Both the position numbers and the translations under genes were made by a program. A stretch of DNA of 64,000 nt from Eledone cirrhosa (lineage: Eukaryota), in NCBI GenBank assembly GCA_964016885.1, contig OZ024749.1, forward strand, positions 33,728,001 through 33,792,000. Reading direction: 5' to 3'. Shown here piece after piece: positions 1-12,630 of the stretch (its first letter is position 1; each line of letters starts with the position of its first letter). The notes below the pieces were generated by a model. It saw only the letters and a list, made by a program, of their open reading frames with translations. It ran no database searches and was not told the DNA's origin.

Positions 1-75
1 GGGGTTAAAATTAATCGCAGTTAAATAAGATACTTAGGTTACACAATACGTTAGTGTAGAATATGTATATATATA

Positions 76-215
76 GCAATTATCCCAGTGCATTACTGGT
101 ACTTTATTTTATCGACCCCGTAAGGATGAAAGGCAAAGTTAACGTCGGTGGGATTTAAACTCAGAATGGCAAGGGCCGTAACTCTAAGCGTCAAAGCATG
201 GCGTCCGACCCTCTG
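76..215 (-). mobile_element. tRNA-derived SINE family 1 (MetaSINE-like core), partial
   Basis: Matches the other family 1 copies (gcaattatcccagtgcattactggtactttattttatcgaccccgtaaggatgaaaggc). A head fragment is repeated at 394-433. Confidence 0.85.
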
Positions 216-321
216 CATACCTACATACATGCATATATATATATATATACACACACATACATACATACATACATACATACATACATGCATATATATATAT
301 ATATATACACACATACATACA

Positions 322-357
<36 letters not shown>

Positions 358-360
358 TAT

Positions 361-392
<32 letters not shown>

Positions 393-431
393 GCGTCAAA
401 GCATGGCGTCCGACCCTCTACCGATACTGCC

Positions 432-471
<40 letters not shown>

Positions 472-488
472 ACACACACATACATACA

Positions 489-530
<42 letters not shown>

Positions 531-531
<1 letters not shown>

Positions 532-719
532 CGAAGGAAATGTGGTAAGGAACCAGGTGGACCATAACGCACCAAAGTACTCAATACTTAGGGTAGTAGA
601 GTGGGTAATAGGAACGAGTAGGACCCCGACGGCTGACCTCAAGCCGTTTCGACGGCTAATTCTGGACATGAATTAGCCGTCGAGACGGCTTGAGCTCAGC
701 CGTCGGGGTCCTACTCGTT

Positions 720-722
<3 letters not shown>
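531..722 (-). mobile_element. (TA)n-embedded fold-back element, family F, copy 1
   Basis: acgaaggaaatgtgg...ctaattctggac followed by an inverted arm gaattagccgtc...ctcgttccta, with (TA)n on both sides. About 10 copies in the window. Confidence 0.85.
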
Positions 723-792
<70 letters not shown>

Positions 793-793
<1 letters not shown>

Positions 794-1388
794 TGGTGAC
801 TGCCAACTCGTTTTCGAGTATGGCCACTACTTTATATCCATGTAGGAGAACCCCTACCGATGCGCTGAACGAGTGTGACTTTTTAGTCCAGCCAGCGACT
901 TTAAAACTCTGGTACTAACACTACACTTGTGACAATTATTGACACATAGTGCTGGGCCCATGGTACCATGTGATGACAAGTGTTGAGGGATTTCCAGATA
1001 TAAAGCAATGCCTGTGCCGTGAAGCTTTTGTAGTGAGCAAAGGCACTGCACAAAGTCAGTCCCACTCGCTTAACCAGTTGGTGCTACTGGTAACATGTAT
1101 CTCAGTACAACCTGTCTCATGGTCGGGTCGTTGGCGACTAAACTGGCAACCCCATCAAGGTTTCTTGGCGAGGAGGGTGACTTTGGACATTCTGCAGGAC
1201 TAAAAACAAAACCTGTTAAAGCGCAAAGGAGCTCTTAAGAGTCAATGGCCATCCAAAATCACCGGGAGAGATGACCCCTTGGCCTTTGTTAAGGCAGAAT
1301 TCTAAGAGAAGGAAAACTCTGATATAACACCTGCAACTCTGATGGTATCCAATGATGTTGACTTGTTCTTCTTTTTGGTAAATATCAT
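793..1388. mobile_element. Interspersed repeat next to (CATA)n/(TA)n, probably LINE-derived
   Basis: Highly similar to 8982-9590 and to the deleted derivative at 8596-8720. All share the boundary atggt(g/a)(g/a)ctgccaactcg. Confidence 0.7.
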
Positions 1389-1398
1389 ATATATATAT

Positions 1399-1451
<53 letters not shown>

Positions 1452-1561
1452 ATATTTTATCTTGACTCTGTATTCCGTTTATCTTTCACCGAAAGTGATT
1501 TTTCATTGCATCTCTTCTTTCCATGATATCCGGACTACATTGAGTTCTTCATACGGATTGG

Positions 1562-2618
<1,057 letters not shown>

Positions 2619-2768
2619 GCTTAAATAAATTGCCAAATACATTCGTATACATATGATTATTGCATGTAATCCATTCATTCTCCTAGAATAAATAGTGTCG
2701 ATTATTTACACAGTGAAATTCAATGTGTCTTTATTAAACATTCATATGTGAATTTAGTCAATATACCC

Positions 2769-2875
<107 letters not shown>

Positions 2876-3287
2876 CTGCTCCCCAGTCTGTGTGTGTATG
2901 TTTGTATGAGTATGCATACTGCTATAGAATTATTACAAGAGAGAAGTGCATTGATATAACTATAAGAAATAATTACAAGGTATGATTACATTGATATATA
3001 ACAATAAGATATAATTATGTGTACAGGGATGCCATGTTCATGTATATCCAACTCGCCTTTGGGAGGCATACAAATGTTCAAAAATGGCTGAGACTAAGAG
3101 AAATGACTAAAAACAGAAGATTTTCCATACAACCTCAATTTAATTACATGATGTAAATCAATTTATTCAGCAATAATATTTAAATATAGACATATATCAT
3201 ATTCCAGTATTTTCTTCGCGAGAACAAGATTTACAAATATAAATTTAAGTGCACAATACTTCAAATGTAGAATCTGATATATGTATG

Positions 3288-3387
<100 letters not shown>

Positions 3388-3541
3388 ATTTGTATATATA
3401 TATATATATATTATATATATGTATATATGTATATATATATATTATATATATGTATATATGTATATATGTATATGTATGCATCTATATATATTATGTGTAA
3501 TAAATCTTATTCGTCGCACCACTGATTCTCCGTTTCTTGTG

Positions 3542-3574
<33 letters not shown>

Positions 3575-3785
3575 CAAAATATCCAAAGATCGACAATATT
3601 CATATGGCAGATATCATGTTACCTACAGAGTTTACCAAAGACCAGACACTAAATATCTATGGTAACATTATAACCAGTGAACAAGAGCAACATATTCTAC
3701 AACTACCACCAAAGTTCACTATACATAATAAGGTAAACCCAGTATGATGCTTGTCGGAAATTGAAAAGCCTTCACATATAATCCG
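3575..3785 (+). pseudogene. Decayed PLE ORF fragment (region upstream of the RT)
   Basis: Translates to ...TSEQEQHILQLPPKFTIHNKVNPV*CLSEIEK, resembling the 'E..lL.lgPKF....iE' segment N-terminal to Penelope RTs. Has an in-frame stop and follows (TA)n. Confidence 0.45.
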
Positions 3786-4233
3786 GTATCAAACTTTAAA
3801 ATGGATGTTATCTGATATCAAACTTTAAATTTGATGTAATACGGTATCAAACTTTGAGCTGGATGTAATCTGGTATCAAACTTTGAACTGGATGTAATCT
3901 GGTATCAAATTATGAACTGGATGTAATCTGGTATCAAACTATGAACTGGATGTAATCTGGTATCAAACTATGAACTGGGTGTAATCTGGTATCAAACTTT
4001 GAGTTGGATGTAATCTGGTATCAAACTTTGAGCTGGATGTAATCTGGTATCAAATTTTGAACTGGATGTAACCTGGTATCAACTTTTGAGCGAGATGTAT
4101 TCTGGTATCAAACTTTGAGCTGGATGTAATCTGGTATCAAATTTTGAACTGGATGTAATGTGGTATAAAATTTTGAGCTAGATATAATCTGGTATCAAAC
4201 TTTGAGCTGGATGTAATCTGGTATCAAACTTTG
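3783..4233. repeat. 29-bp minisatellite, about 15 units
   Basis: Unit ctggtatcaaactttgagctggatgtaat. Confidence 0.95.
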
Positions 4234-5800
4234 AAAAAATTATTTTTCGCATTTGTCTAATCCTGCTTTTTATTATTTTTTGACAGAAAAAATCTTTCAG
4301 TTGGAGAAGGATTTATTTTTATCACTGAGAATTTAATATTCAGTATTTCTTCCCTCTGGCTTAATACACCTAACATGTGAGTTCTCACTTTAATATTACA
4401 TTTTTATGCACCTGAAATAGTATTTACCCCTCGTTCTTTTCTTCACACCCATACACACACATACACACATATACACATAAAAAACATATGTACACACACA
4501 CACATATATATATATGCGTGTGTGTGGGTGTGTGCGTGTGTGTTTGTGTACACAAATACATAGATACATACATTCAGTCATATAAGCATACTTATAAACA
4601 TACATACATAAATTCGTACGTACGTACATACATACATGCCTACATACATACATACATACATACATACATACATACATACATACATACATACATACATACA
4701 TACATACGTATATACATACATATATACATACATGCATACATACATACATTCATACATATTGGATCGTGAAGTTTGAAATTTGTAGTGAGGCATATAATCA
4801 TATGTTTTTTCTACAAATTTCATATATGCATACATACGGACATGTAGTCAGGCGTAAAATAAATTAGTATTTTGCAATTTGTTTATGGCACTTTGCATAA
4901 TTTTGCATATCGATGTGCACTTAAATAACAGCCGCTCATTTGTACAATCAAATATCATTAATACTGGAAAAAAACAATAAATAAACAAGCCCAAGCTAGT
5001 TCGTTAGGTTTTATCGAATTTCTGCCTGGAACTAACTACATCAACAGAATTTTAATCTGTCAGACAAACTCTGTTTTTCTCATTTCATTCCATTTCTTCT
5101 TCTTCTTCTTCTTTTCTTTTTCTTTAATTTTCTTCTTCTTCTTCTTCTTCTTCTTCTTCTTCTTCTTCTTCTTCTTCTTCTTCTTCTTCTTGCTGTTGTT
5201 ATACAGAACTTCTCTAATCCAAAACACCTGTTACACGCCATTCCATTTAAAATTACCATTCCTCCAAGACACTAAATACATCGACCAATCACTGCCACCA
5301 ACTAGCACTGTCCAGGACACAACCAGATTACCTAACCAACACACCAACCATTCCTCTACCCAACCACTCCACCACCCAACCAGCTAACCACTCAACCACC
5401 CCCATCAGCCAACCACAACATATCCTAGCAATGTAATTGTATTTCGTCTTCAGATAACAAAAAAGAAAAAAAAAATTCTAAATATTTCTTTTTCAAATTC
5501 TATAATTTTTGAATTTATGTAAACTGGAATCGAATGTTTCTCCTCTTCTCTCTGGTCGTACTCTGTTTACTCTTTCTTGTCTTTCTAGAAGAGGAGACAC
5601 AAAGAAGATGAACAAATAGTTTTTGAAGAGGTTAGAGAATTCAACGAATCTGAGATTAATGAGTTTTGAGGTGTTGTGTAATAATTCTTTCTAAAAGACC
5701 AGCAATTTGAAGGAAGAGGTAAGTCGATTAAATCGACCCCATTTCTTAACTTTATTTTATCGACCTCGATTCTGCGCACTCTCCAGTCTCTAATAATTGT

Positions 5801-6585
5801 TAATAATTGTTTCTACTTTTGATACAAGTCCGGCAATTACCCCAGTGCATTACTGGTACTTTATTTTATCGAAACCGTAAGGATACAATGAAAAGCAAAC
5901 TTCGGCGGAATTTGAATTCAGGAGGTAAAGGGCCATACCTCTCTGCTCCAAAGCATGATGTCTGACGCTCTACCGATACTGCCAATACAGTCTCTAATAA
6001 TTGTTTCTACTTTTGATACAAGGCCGGAAATTACCCCAGTGCATTACTGGTATTTTATTTTATCGAAAGCGTAAGGATACAATGAAAAGCAAACTTCGGC
6101 GGAATTTGAATTCAAGAGGTAAAGGGCCATACCTCTCTGCTCCAAAGCATGATGTCTGACGCTCTACCGATACTGCCAATACAGTCTCTAATAATTGTTT
6201 CTACTTTTGGCACAAGGCCAGCAATTATCCCAGTGGTATTACTGGTACTTTATTATATCGACCCCGTAAGGATCAAAGGCAAAGTTAACCTCGGTGGGAT
6301 TTGAACTCAGACCATAAAGGGCCGTAACTCCTTGCTGCGAAGCATGGCGTCCGACCCTCTACCGATACTGCCAATCCACCACCCTTTCTCTAATAATGGT
6401 TTCTGATTTAGGCACGAGGCCAGCAATTTGGGGAAGGGGAAAGTCGATTAAATCGACCCAGTGTGTTACTGTTACTTTATTTTATCGATCCCGTAAGGAT
6501 GAAAGGCAAATCTAACCTCGACGGGATTTGATCTTAGAACGTAAAGGGCCGTAACTCTTTGTCGCGAAGCAGGGTGTCCGACGTT
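5801..6585 (-). mobile_element. Head-to-tail stack of four family 1 SINEs
   Basis: Units at about 5801-5985, 5995-6180, 6190-6384 and 6390-6585. The first two are near-identical and the last is a different subfamily. Confidence 0.9.
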
Positions 6586-6950
6586 AAAAAAAAGAAAGCC
6601 TGTTGTGGAGGGTGTCGGATTAATTGCTTCAAATGAAGACCATAAATGGTATTTAGCTTATCTCTCCAAGTGAGCTGAGAAATGAAATTTGAGAGCGATG
6701 AGATTTGAATATCAGATCAAAATGTGAATTTAGTCAGGTGCTCAATCATTAATGTCGCTCCACCTTTAATTAATCATACATGGATATAATCGGAATACAT
6801 GATGCGTATATTTCTGTATACACACACACACACTCAAGCACACACACACATATATACATATATATATATCATTTATATTATGTGTGTATATATATTTTAT
6901 TCATATTATATATATATACATATTATTTGTATTATATATATATATAATCC

Positions 6951-7143
6951 AGGGCGGTGGATTGGCAGTATCGGTAGAGAGTCGGACGCCATGCTTTCCA
7001 GCATAGTTACGTCACTTTACGATCTGAGTTAAAATCCCGCCTAGGTTGACTTTGTCTTTCATTCTTACGGGGTCGATAAAATAAAGTACCAGTAATGCAC
7101 TGGGTAATTTGCTGGCCTTGTGCCTAAAAGTAGAAACAATTAT
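6951..7143 (+). mobile_element. Full-length family 1 SINE
   Basis: A-box-like tggcagtatcgg, B-box-like gagttaaaatcc, core ctttcattcttacggggtcgataaaataaagtacc, tail gtagaaacaattat. Confidence 0.9.
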
Positions 7144-7222
7144 ATATATATATATACATATTATTTGTATTATATATCTCTTTTACCTGTTTCAGCCATC
7201 CGGCTGAGGCCATGCTGGGGCA

Positions 7223-7266
<44 letters not shown>

Positions 7267-7307
7267 ACATACATATCTCTCTCTCTCTCTCTGTCTCTCT
7301 CTCTCTC

Positions 7308-7338
<31 letters not shown>

Positions 7339-7585
7339 ATGTATATGTATATATATGTATATATATATATATATATGTATTTACTTATACCTTAAATTCC
7401 ATATCAAAATCATAATCACAAACGTGAGATAATGTTTCCTATACATTAGTAAAAATATGATAACGTTAACCATGGAAGTTTCACATGCTCGCATTAACAT
7501 GTCTAATGGAGTATATCTCCAACTGGTTCTAGGGAGACGGCAACCAAATATTTGATCCCAATGGGATTTAAACTTTATAAATACA

Positions 7586-8128
7586 TAACTGTTTCTACTT
7601 TTGGCACAAGGCCAGCGAATTACCCAGTGTATTACTGGTACTTTGTTTTATCGACCCCGTAAGAATGAAAGGCAAAGTTACCCTCGGAGAGAGAGACTGA
7701 AAGAGATAGAGATATGTATGTGTATATATATATATATATATAATACAAATAATATGTATATATATTATAATTGTTTCTACGTTAGGCACAAGGCCAGCAA
7801 TTTACCAGTGCATTACTGGTACTTTATTTTATCGACCCCGTAAGAATGAAAGACAAAGTTACCCTCGGAGAGAGAGAGTGAAAGAGATAGAGATATGTAT
7901 GTGTATATATATATATATATATAATACAAATAATATGTATATATATTATAATTGTTTCTACGTTAGGCACAAGGCCAGCAATTTACCCAGTGCATTACTG
8001 GTACTTTATTTTATCGACCCCGTAAGGATGAAAGGCAAAGTCAACCTCGGCGGGAATTGAACTCAGATCGTAAAGGGACGTAACTATGCTTGAAAGCATG
8101 GCGTCCGACCCTCCACCGATACTGCCAA
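7586..8128 (-). mobile_element. Family 1 SINE with tandemly duplicated 3' fragments
   Basis: Partial copies at 7586-7690 and 7767-7870 lie in a ~180-bp tandem duplication. A near-full copy is at 7947-8128. Confidence 0.85.
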
Positions 8129-8515
8129 TATAATATGAATAAAATATATATACACACTTTATAAATACATAACGTGCAATTGGCTCTCTGCTTTCTCAGT
8201 TCAAATCCCGCCGAGGTCAACTTTGCTTTTCATCGTTTCGAGGTCGATAAAAAAAAGTATTGTACTGGGGCCGATTCTTTCTCCTCTATATCTCTTTCTC
8301 ATTTCCTCTCTCTCTCACTTTCTATCTCTCTCTGGAAGAAATCTGCTGTACTCAGGACTGGAGAAGGATGGGCTCCACCATGCTTAAAATGACCAAGAAA
8401 CGCCGTATGTCAATACGGCACCCCTACGACTCTATCAGGAGTTACGGGACCATACATACATACATACATACATACATACATACATACATACATACATACA
8501 TACATACATACATAC

Positions 8516-8940
8516 AACCTTGCCACCAGGAAGGTGGCCGGTCAAAAAAATATACTCGAAATTAAGAGAAAGAGATAACATACATACATACATACATGGT
8601 AGCTGCCAACTCGTTTTCGAGTACGGCCACTACACTTGTGACAATTATTGACACAGTGCTGGGCCCATGGTACCATGTAACGACAAGGTTTCTTGGTGAG
8701 GAGGGTGTCTTTGGACATCCTACATACATACATACATACATACATACATACAACGTGGATTTGTGCACAAAGACCACAGCTCCCTAATTCATAGACTACA
8801 AATGGCTGCGATAGCTGGCACCTTCAAAATGTGCAAAACATTCTTGCGATTCAAGGGATGACAACTTCTTTTCCTTTACAACCTTGCCACCAGGAAGGTG
8901 GCCGGTAAAAAATGTACTCGAAATTAAGAAAAAGAGAAAC
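8516..8940 (+). mobile_element. 5'-truncated 3' ends of an RLE-type (R4/Dong-like) non-LTR retrotransposon in (CATA)n
   Basis: 8751-8861 reads QRGFVHKDHSSLIHRLQMAAIAGTFKMCKTFLRFKG*, like the C-terminal helix of restriction-like endonuclease LINEs. The 3' UTR with hairpin gccacc-aggaa-ggtggc occurs twice (8516-8578, 8881-8940), each flanked by (CATA)n. Confidence 0.55.
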
Positions 8941-8981
8941 ATACATACACACATACATACATACATACATACATACATACA

Positions 8982-9590
8982 TGGTGGCTGCCAACTCGTT
9001 TTCGAGTACGGCCACTACTTTATATCCATGTAGGAGAACCCTTACCGATGCGCTGAACGAGTGTGACTTTTTAGTCCAGCCAGCGACTTGAAAACTCTGG
9101 TACAAACACTACACTTGTGACAATTATTGACACATAGTGCTGGGCTCATGGTACCATGTGACGACAAGTGCAGAGAGATCTCCAGATATAAAGCAATGCT
9201 TGTGCCGTGAAGCTTTTATAGTGAGCAAAGGCACTGCACAAAGCCAATCCCACTCTCTTAACCAAGATGATATTTACCAAAAAGAAGAACAAGTCAACAT
9301 CATTGGATACCATCAGGGTTGCAGGTGTTATATCAGAGTTTTCCTTCTCCTAGAATTCTGCCTTGACAAAGGCTAAGGAGTCATCTCTCCCGGTGATTTT
9401 GGATGGCCATTGACTCTTAAGAGCTCCTTTGCCCTTTGACAGGTTTTGTTTTTAGTCCTGCAGGATGTCCAAAGTCACCCTCCTCACCAAGAAACCTTGG
9501 TGGGGTTGCCAGTTTAGTCGCCAACGACCCGACCATGAGACAGGTTGTACTGTGATACATGTTACCAGTAGCACCAACTGGTGACCTGAC
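8982..9590. mobile_element. Second copy of the 793-1388 repeat with its distal half inverted
   Basis: 8982-9263 is colinear with 793-1076. 9266-9582 is the reverse complement of about 1073-1388. Confidence 0.8.
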
Positions 9591-10659
9591 ATACATACAT
9601 ACATACATACATACATACATACATACATACATACATACATACATACATACATACATACACACATACATACACACATACATACATACATACATACATACAA
9701 TGTGCAATTAGATATATTTCGCGAAATTCATATTTTGCAACGATTTAACTCAGACCTCAAGGACCAAATACCACCCAGCCAGGGTTTTAACTGGAGGCCT
9801 TAATTTATTATTGCCGATGTTCAGCTTATCGTCTGTTTTGGTTCAGGAATCTAGTGTAATGCTTTTGGTTACTTTCCTTCTTTTCCTGCCGAAAATATTT
9901 TCAGATCGAATACTGCCAAAGATGATTTCACCCTCACCGCATTAATTCCTGGCCATGTGATAATGGTTAAATGACAGAATTTTTAGAGTGTTGGATATTG
10001 ATTTGTGGTGTTTTTTCCGATACTTTTCCTTCATTGTTCAAATCCTACCAAAGGCTACCCTTATCATTCTTTCTTTCGAGGGTCGACAAGATTAAGTATC
10101 AGTCAAGTACTGGGGGTCGATATAATCGACATTTCCTTTTCCACAAATTTCTGGCCTTGTGCTTATAAATTCTAAAGCATTTAATACGGGAAAAGTCAAT
10201 AAAATGAATTACCAGTTAAGAATTATATCGACGCAATCGACTATAATTTTACCTCAGCATGTTTGGTATAATGCCAAGTCATAAATCAATATAAGAAATT
10301 ATATTTAAACTCTTTATGTGAGATATTTGAAATATGAAACGAATATCATAAATAAAGTATTAAAATATAATACATAATAAGATGACAAAAAACAAACAGC
10401 TACTCGTGAAAAGTTAGCATATAAAAAGGGATTAAATATAGTTGTTTCTTTTTCTTTGTATATTGAAGATATTTTCAATGTGTAATTCTTAAGGAAAGGA
10501 AACGGAAGTTGGAGAATGACAAAAATAAAAAAAAATGTATTTATTGAAGTCAGCCTTCAGAGAATTCTGCCGACATTATATGAATTGAAAAAAATATTAT
10601 TATTATTATTATTATTATTAACATTTTTATTATTATCATTGTTGTTGTTGTTTGTTTGT

Positions 10660-10697
<38 letters not shown>

Positions 10698-10804
10698 GAC
10701 ATCATCATCATCATAGTGCAGCTAATCTAGACCAGTCACAAAGGCGACAAAGGCACAAACATTGAAATATAATAGTGTGCATAATAGAATCTAAAAGAAG
10801 GAAA

Positions 10805-10858
<54 letters not shown>

Positions 10859-11004
10859 AATATATATGGGTGTGTGTGCAGATTTCTATAGGCATATGTA
10901 TATGTGTGTGTATACCCAAATATCTACACACACACACGCATTAAATATGTGTATATATGTATATATATATATATATTAAATATGTGTATATATGTATATA
11001 TATG

Positions 11005-11077
<73 letters not shown>

Positions 11078-11091
11078 GTATATATATATAC

Positions 11092-11135
<44 letters not shown>

Positions 11136-11153
11136 GTATATATATATATATAC

Positions 11154-11193
<40 letters not shown>

Positions 11194-11209
11194 GTATATA
11201 TATATATAC

Positions 11210-11257
<48 letters not shown>

Positions 11258-11277
11258 GTGTATATATATATATATAC

Positions 11278-11315
<38 letters not shown>

Positions 11316-11386
11316 GTATATATATATATATATATACACACATGTATATATATATATATACATATGTATATATATATATACATATG

Positions 11387-11434
<48 letters not shown>

Positions 11435-11460
11435 CATATGTATATATATACATATGTATA

Positions 11461-11492
<32 letters not shown>

Positions 11493-11538
11493 CATATGTA
11501 TATATATATATACATATGTATATATATATATACATATG

Positions 11539-11569
<31 letters not shown>

Positions 11570-11894
11570 AAAGATAAATTGTTATATACGTACACAACAA
11601 TATGAATATACACTATATAATATATCTTATTAATAAAACGTGCAAAAATGTAAATAAATAATACAAATACGTCTTCATAACAACAATGACAATCACCTGA
11701 AGAATAACGACGACGTCACGACATGGTGATGACGGTGGCGGCGGCGGTGGTGATGACGGTGGCGGCGGCGGTGGTGATGACGGTGACAGCGGCGGCGGCG
11801 ACGTATTTAGAATTGAAAATTTTAATTATGACAATATTACTAAATGTATAAAGAATTTTAACTTTACTGCAACAGCAATATCATATATAACAAC

Positions 11895-12083
11895 AATAAT
11901 TGTTTCTACTTTTGGCACAAGGCCAGCAATTAACCCCCAGTGTAATACTGGTACTTTATTTTATCGACGATCCCCCGGTAAGGATGAAAGGCAAAGTTAA
12001 CCTCAGCGGGATTTGAACTCAGACCGTAAAGGGACGTAACTCTATGCTGGAGAACATGCCGTCCGAACATCTACCGATGCTGC
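11895..12083 (-). mobile_element. Family 1 SINE
   Basis: Sequence match to the other copies. Confidence 0.88.
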
Positions 12084-12563
12084 TATGACGTCTACTTTTT
12101 CTTCTTATACCACCACCACCACCACCACCACCACCACCACCACCACCACCAGCACCACCACCACCACCAGCACCACAACCACCATCACCACCACCACCAC
12201 CACCACCAGCACCACCACCAGCAGCAGCACCAGCACCACCACCACCACCAGCACCAGCACCACCACCACCACCAGACCCCCCCCCCCCCCCACCACCACC
12301 ACCACCACCACCACCAGCACCACCCCCACTACTACCCACTACCCCCCACCCCCACCCCACCCCACCACCACCACCACCACCAATATACGTGTATTATGTG
12401 TCTAAAGCTGGATTACATCTTGAAATTATTGAACTAAAAATCTAATACATTTATTGAGAAGTGTTAAAACGAAAAATCATTTCTTATTTATGGCTGCAAT
12501 TGCTGTTGGTAATATTGATGTTGGTGGTGGTGGTGGTTGTGGTGGTGGTGGTGGTGGTAGTGG

Positions 12564-12594
<31 letters not shown>

Positions 12595-12630
12595 GTTGGT
12601 GGTGATGGTGGGGCTGGTGGTGGTGGTGGT

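Noticed and set aside
6951-7050. SINE heads as tRNA genes
   Set aside because: A/B boxes are present, but they continue into SINE body and tail with TSDs and no complete cloverleaf is evident.
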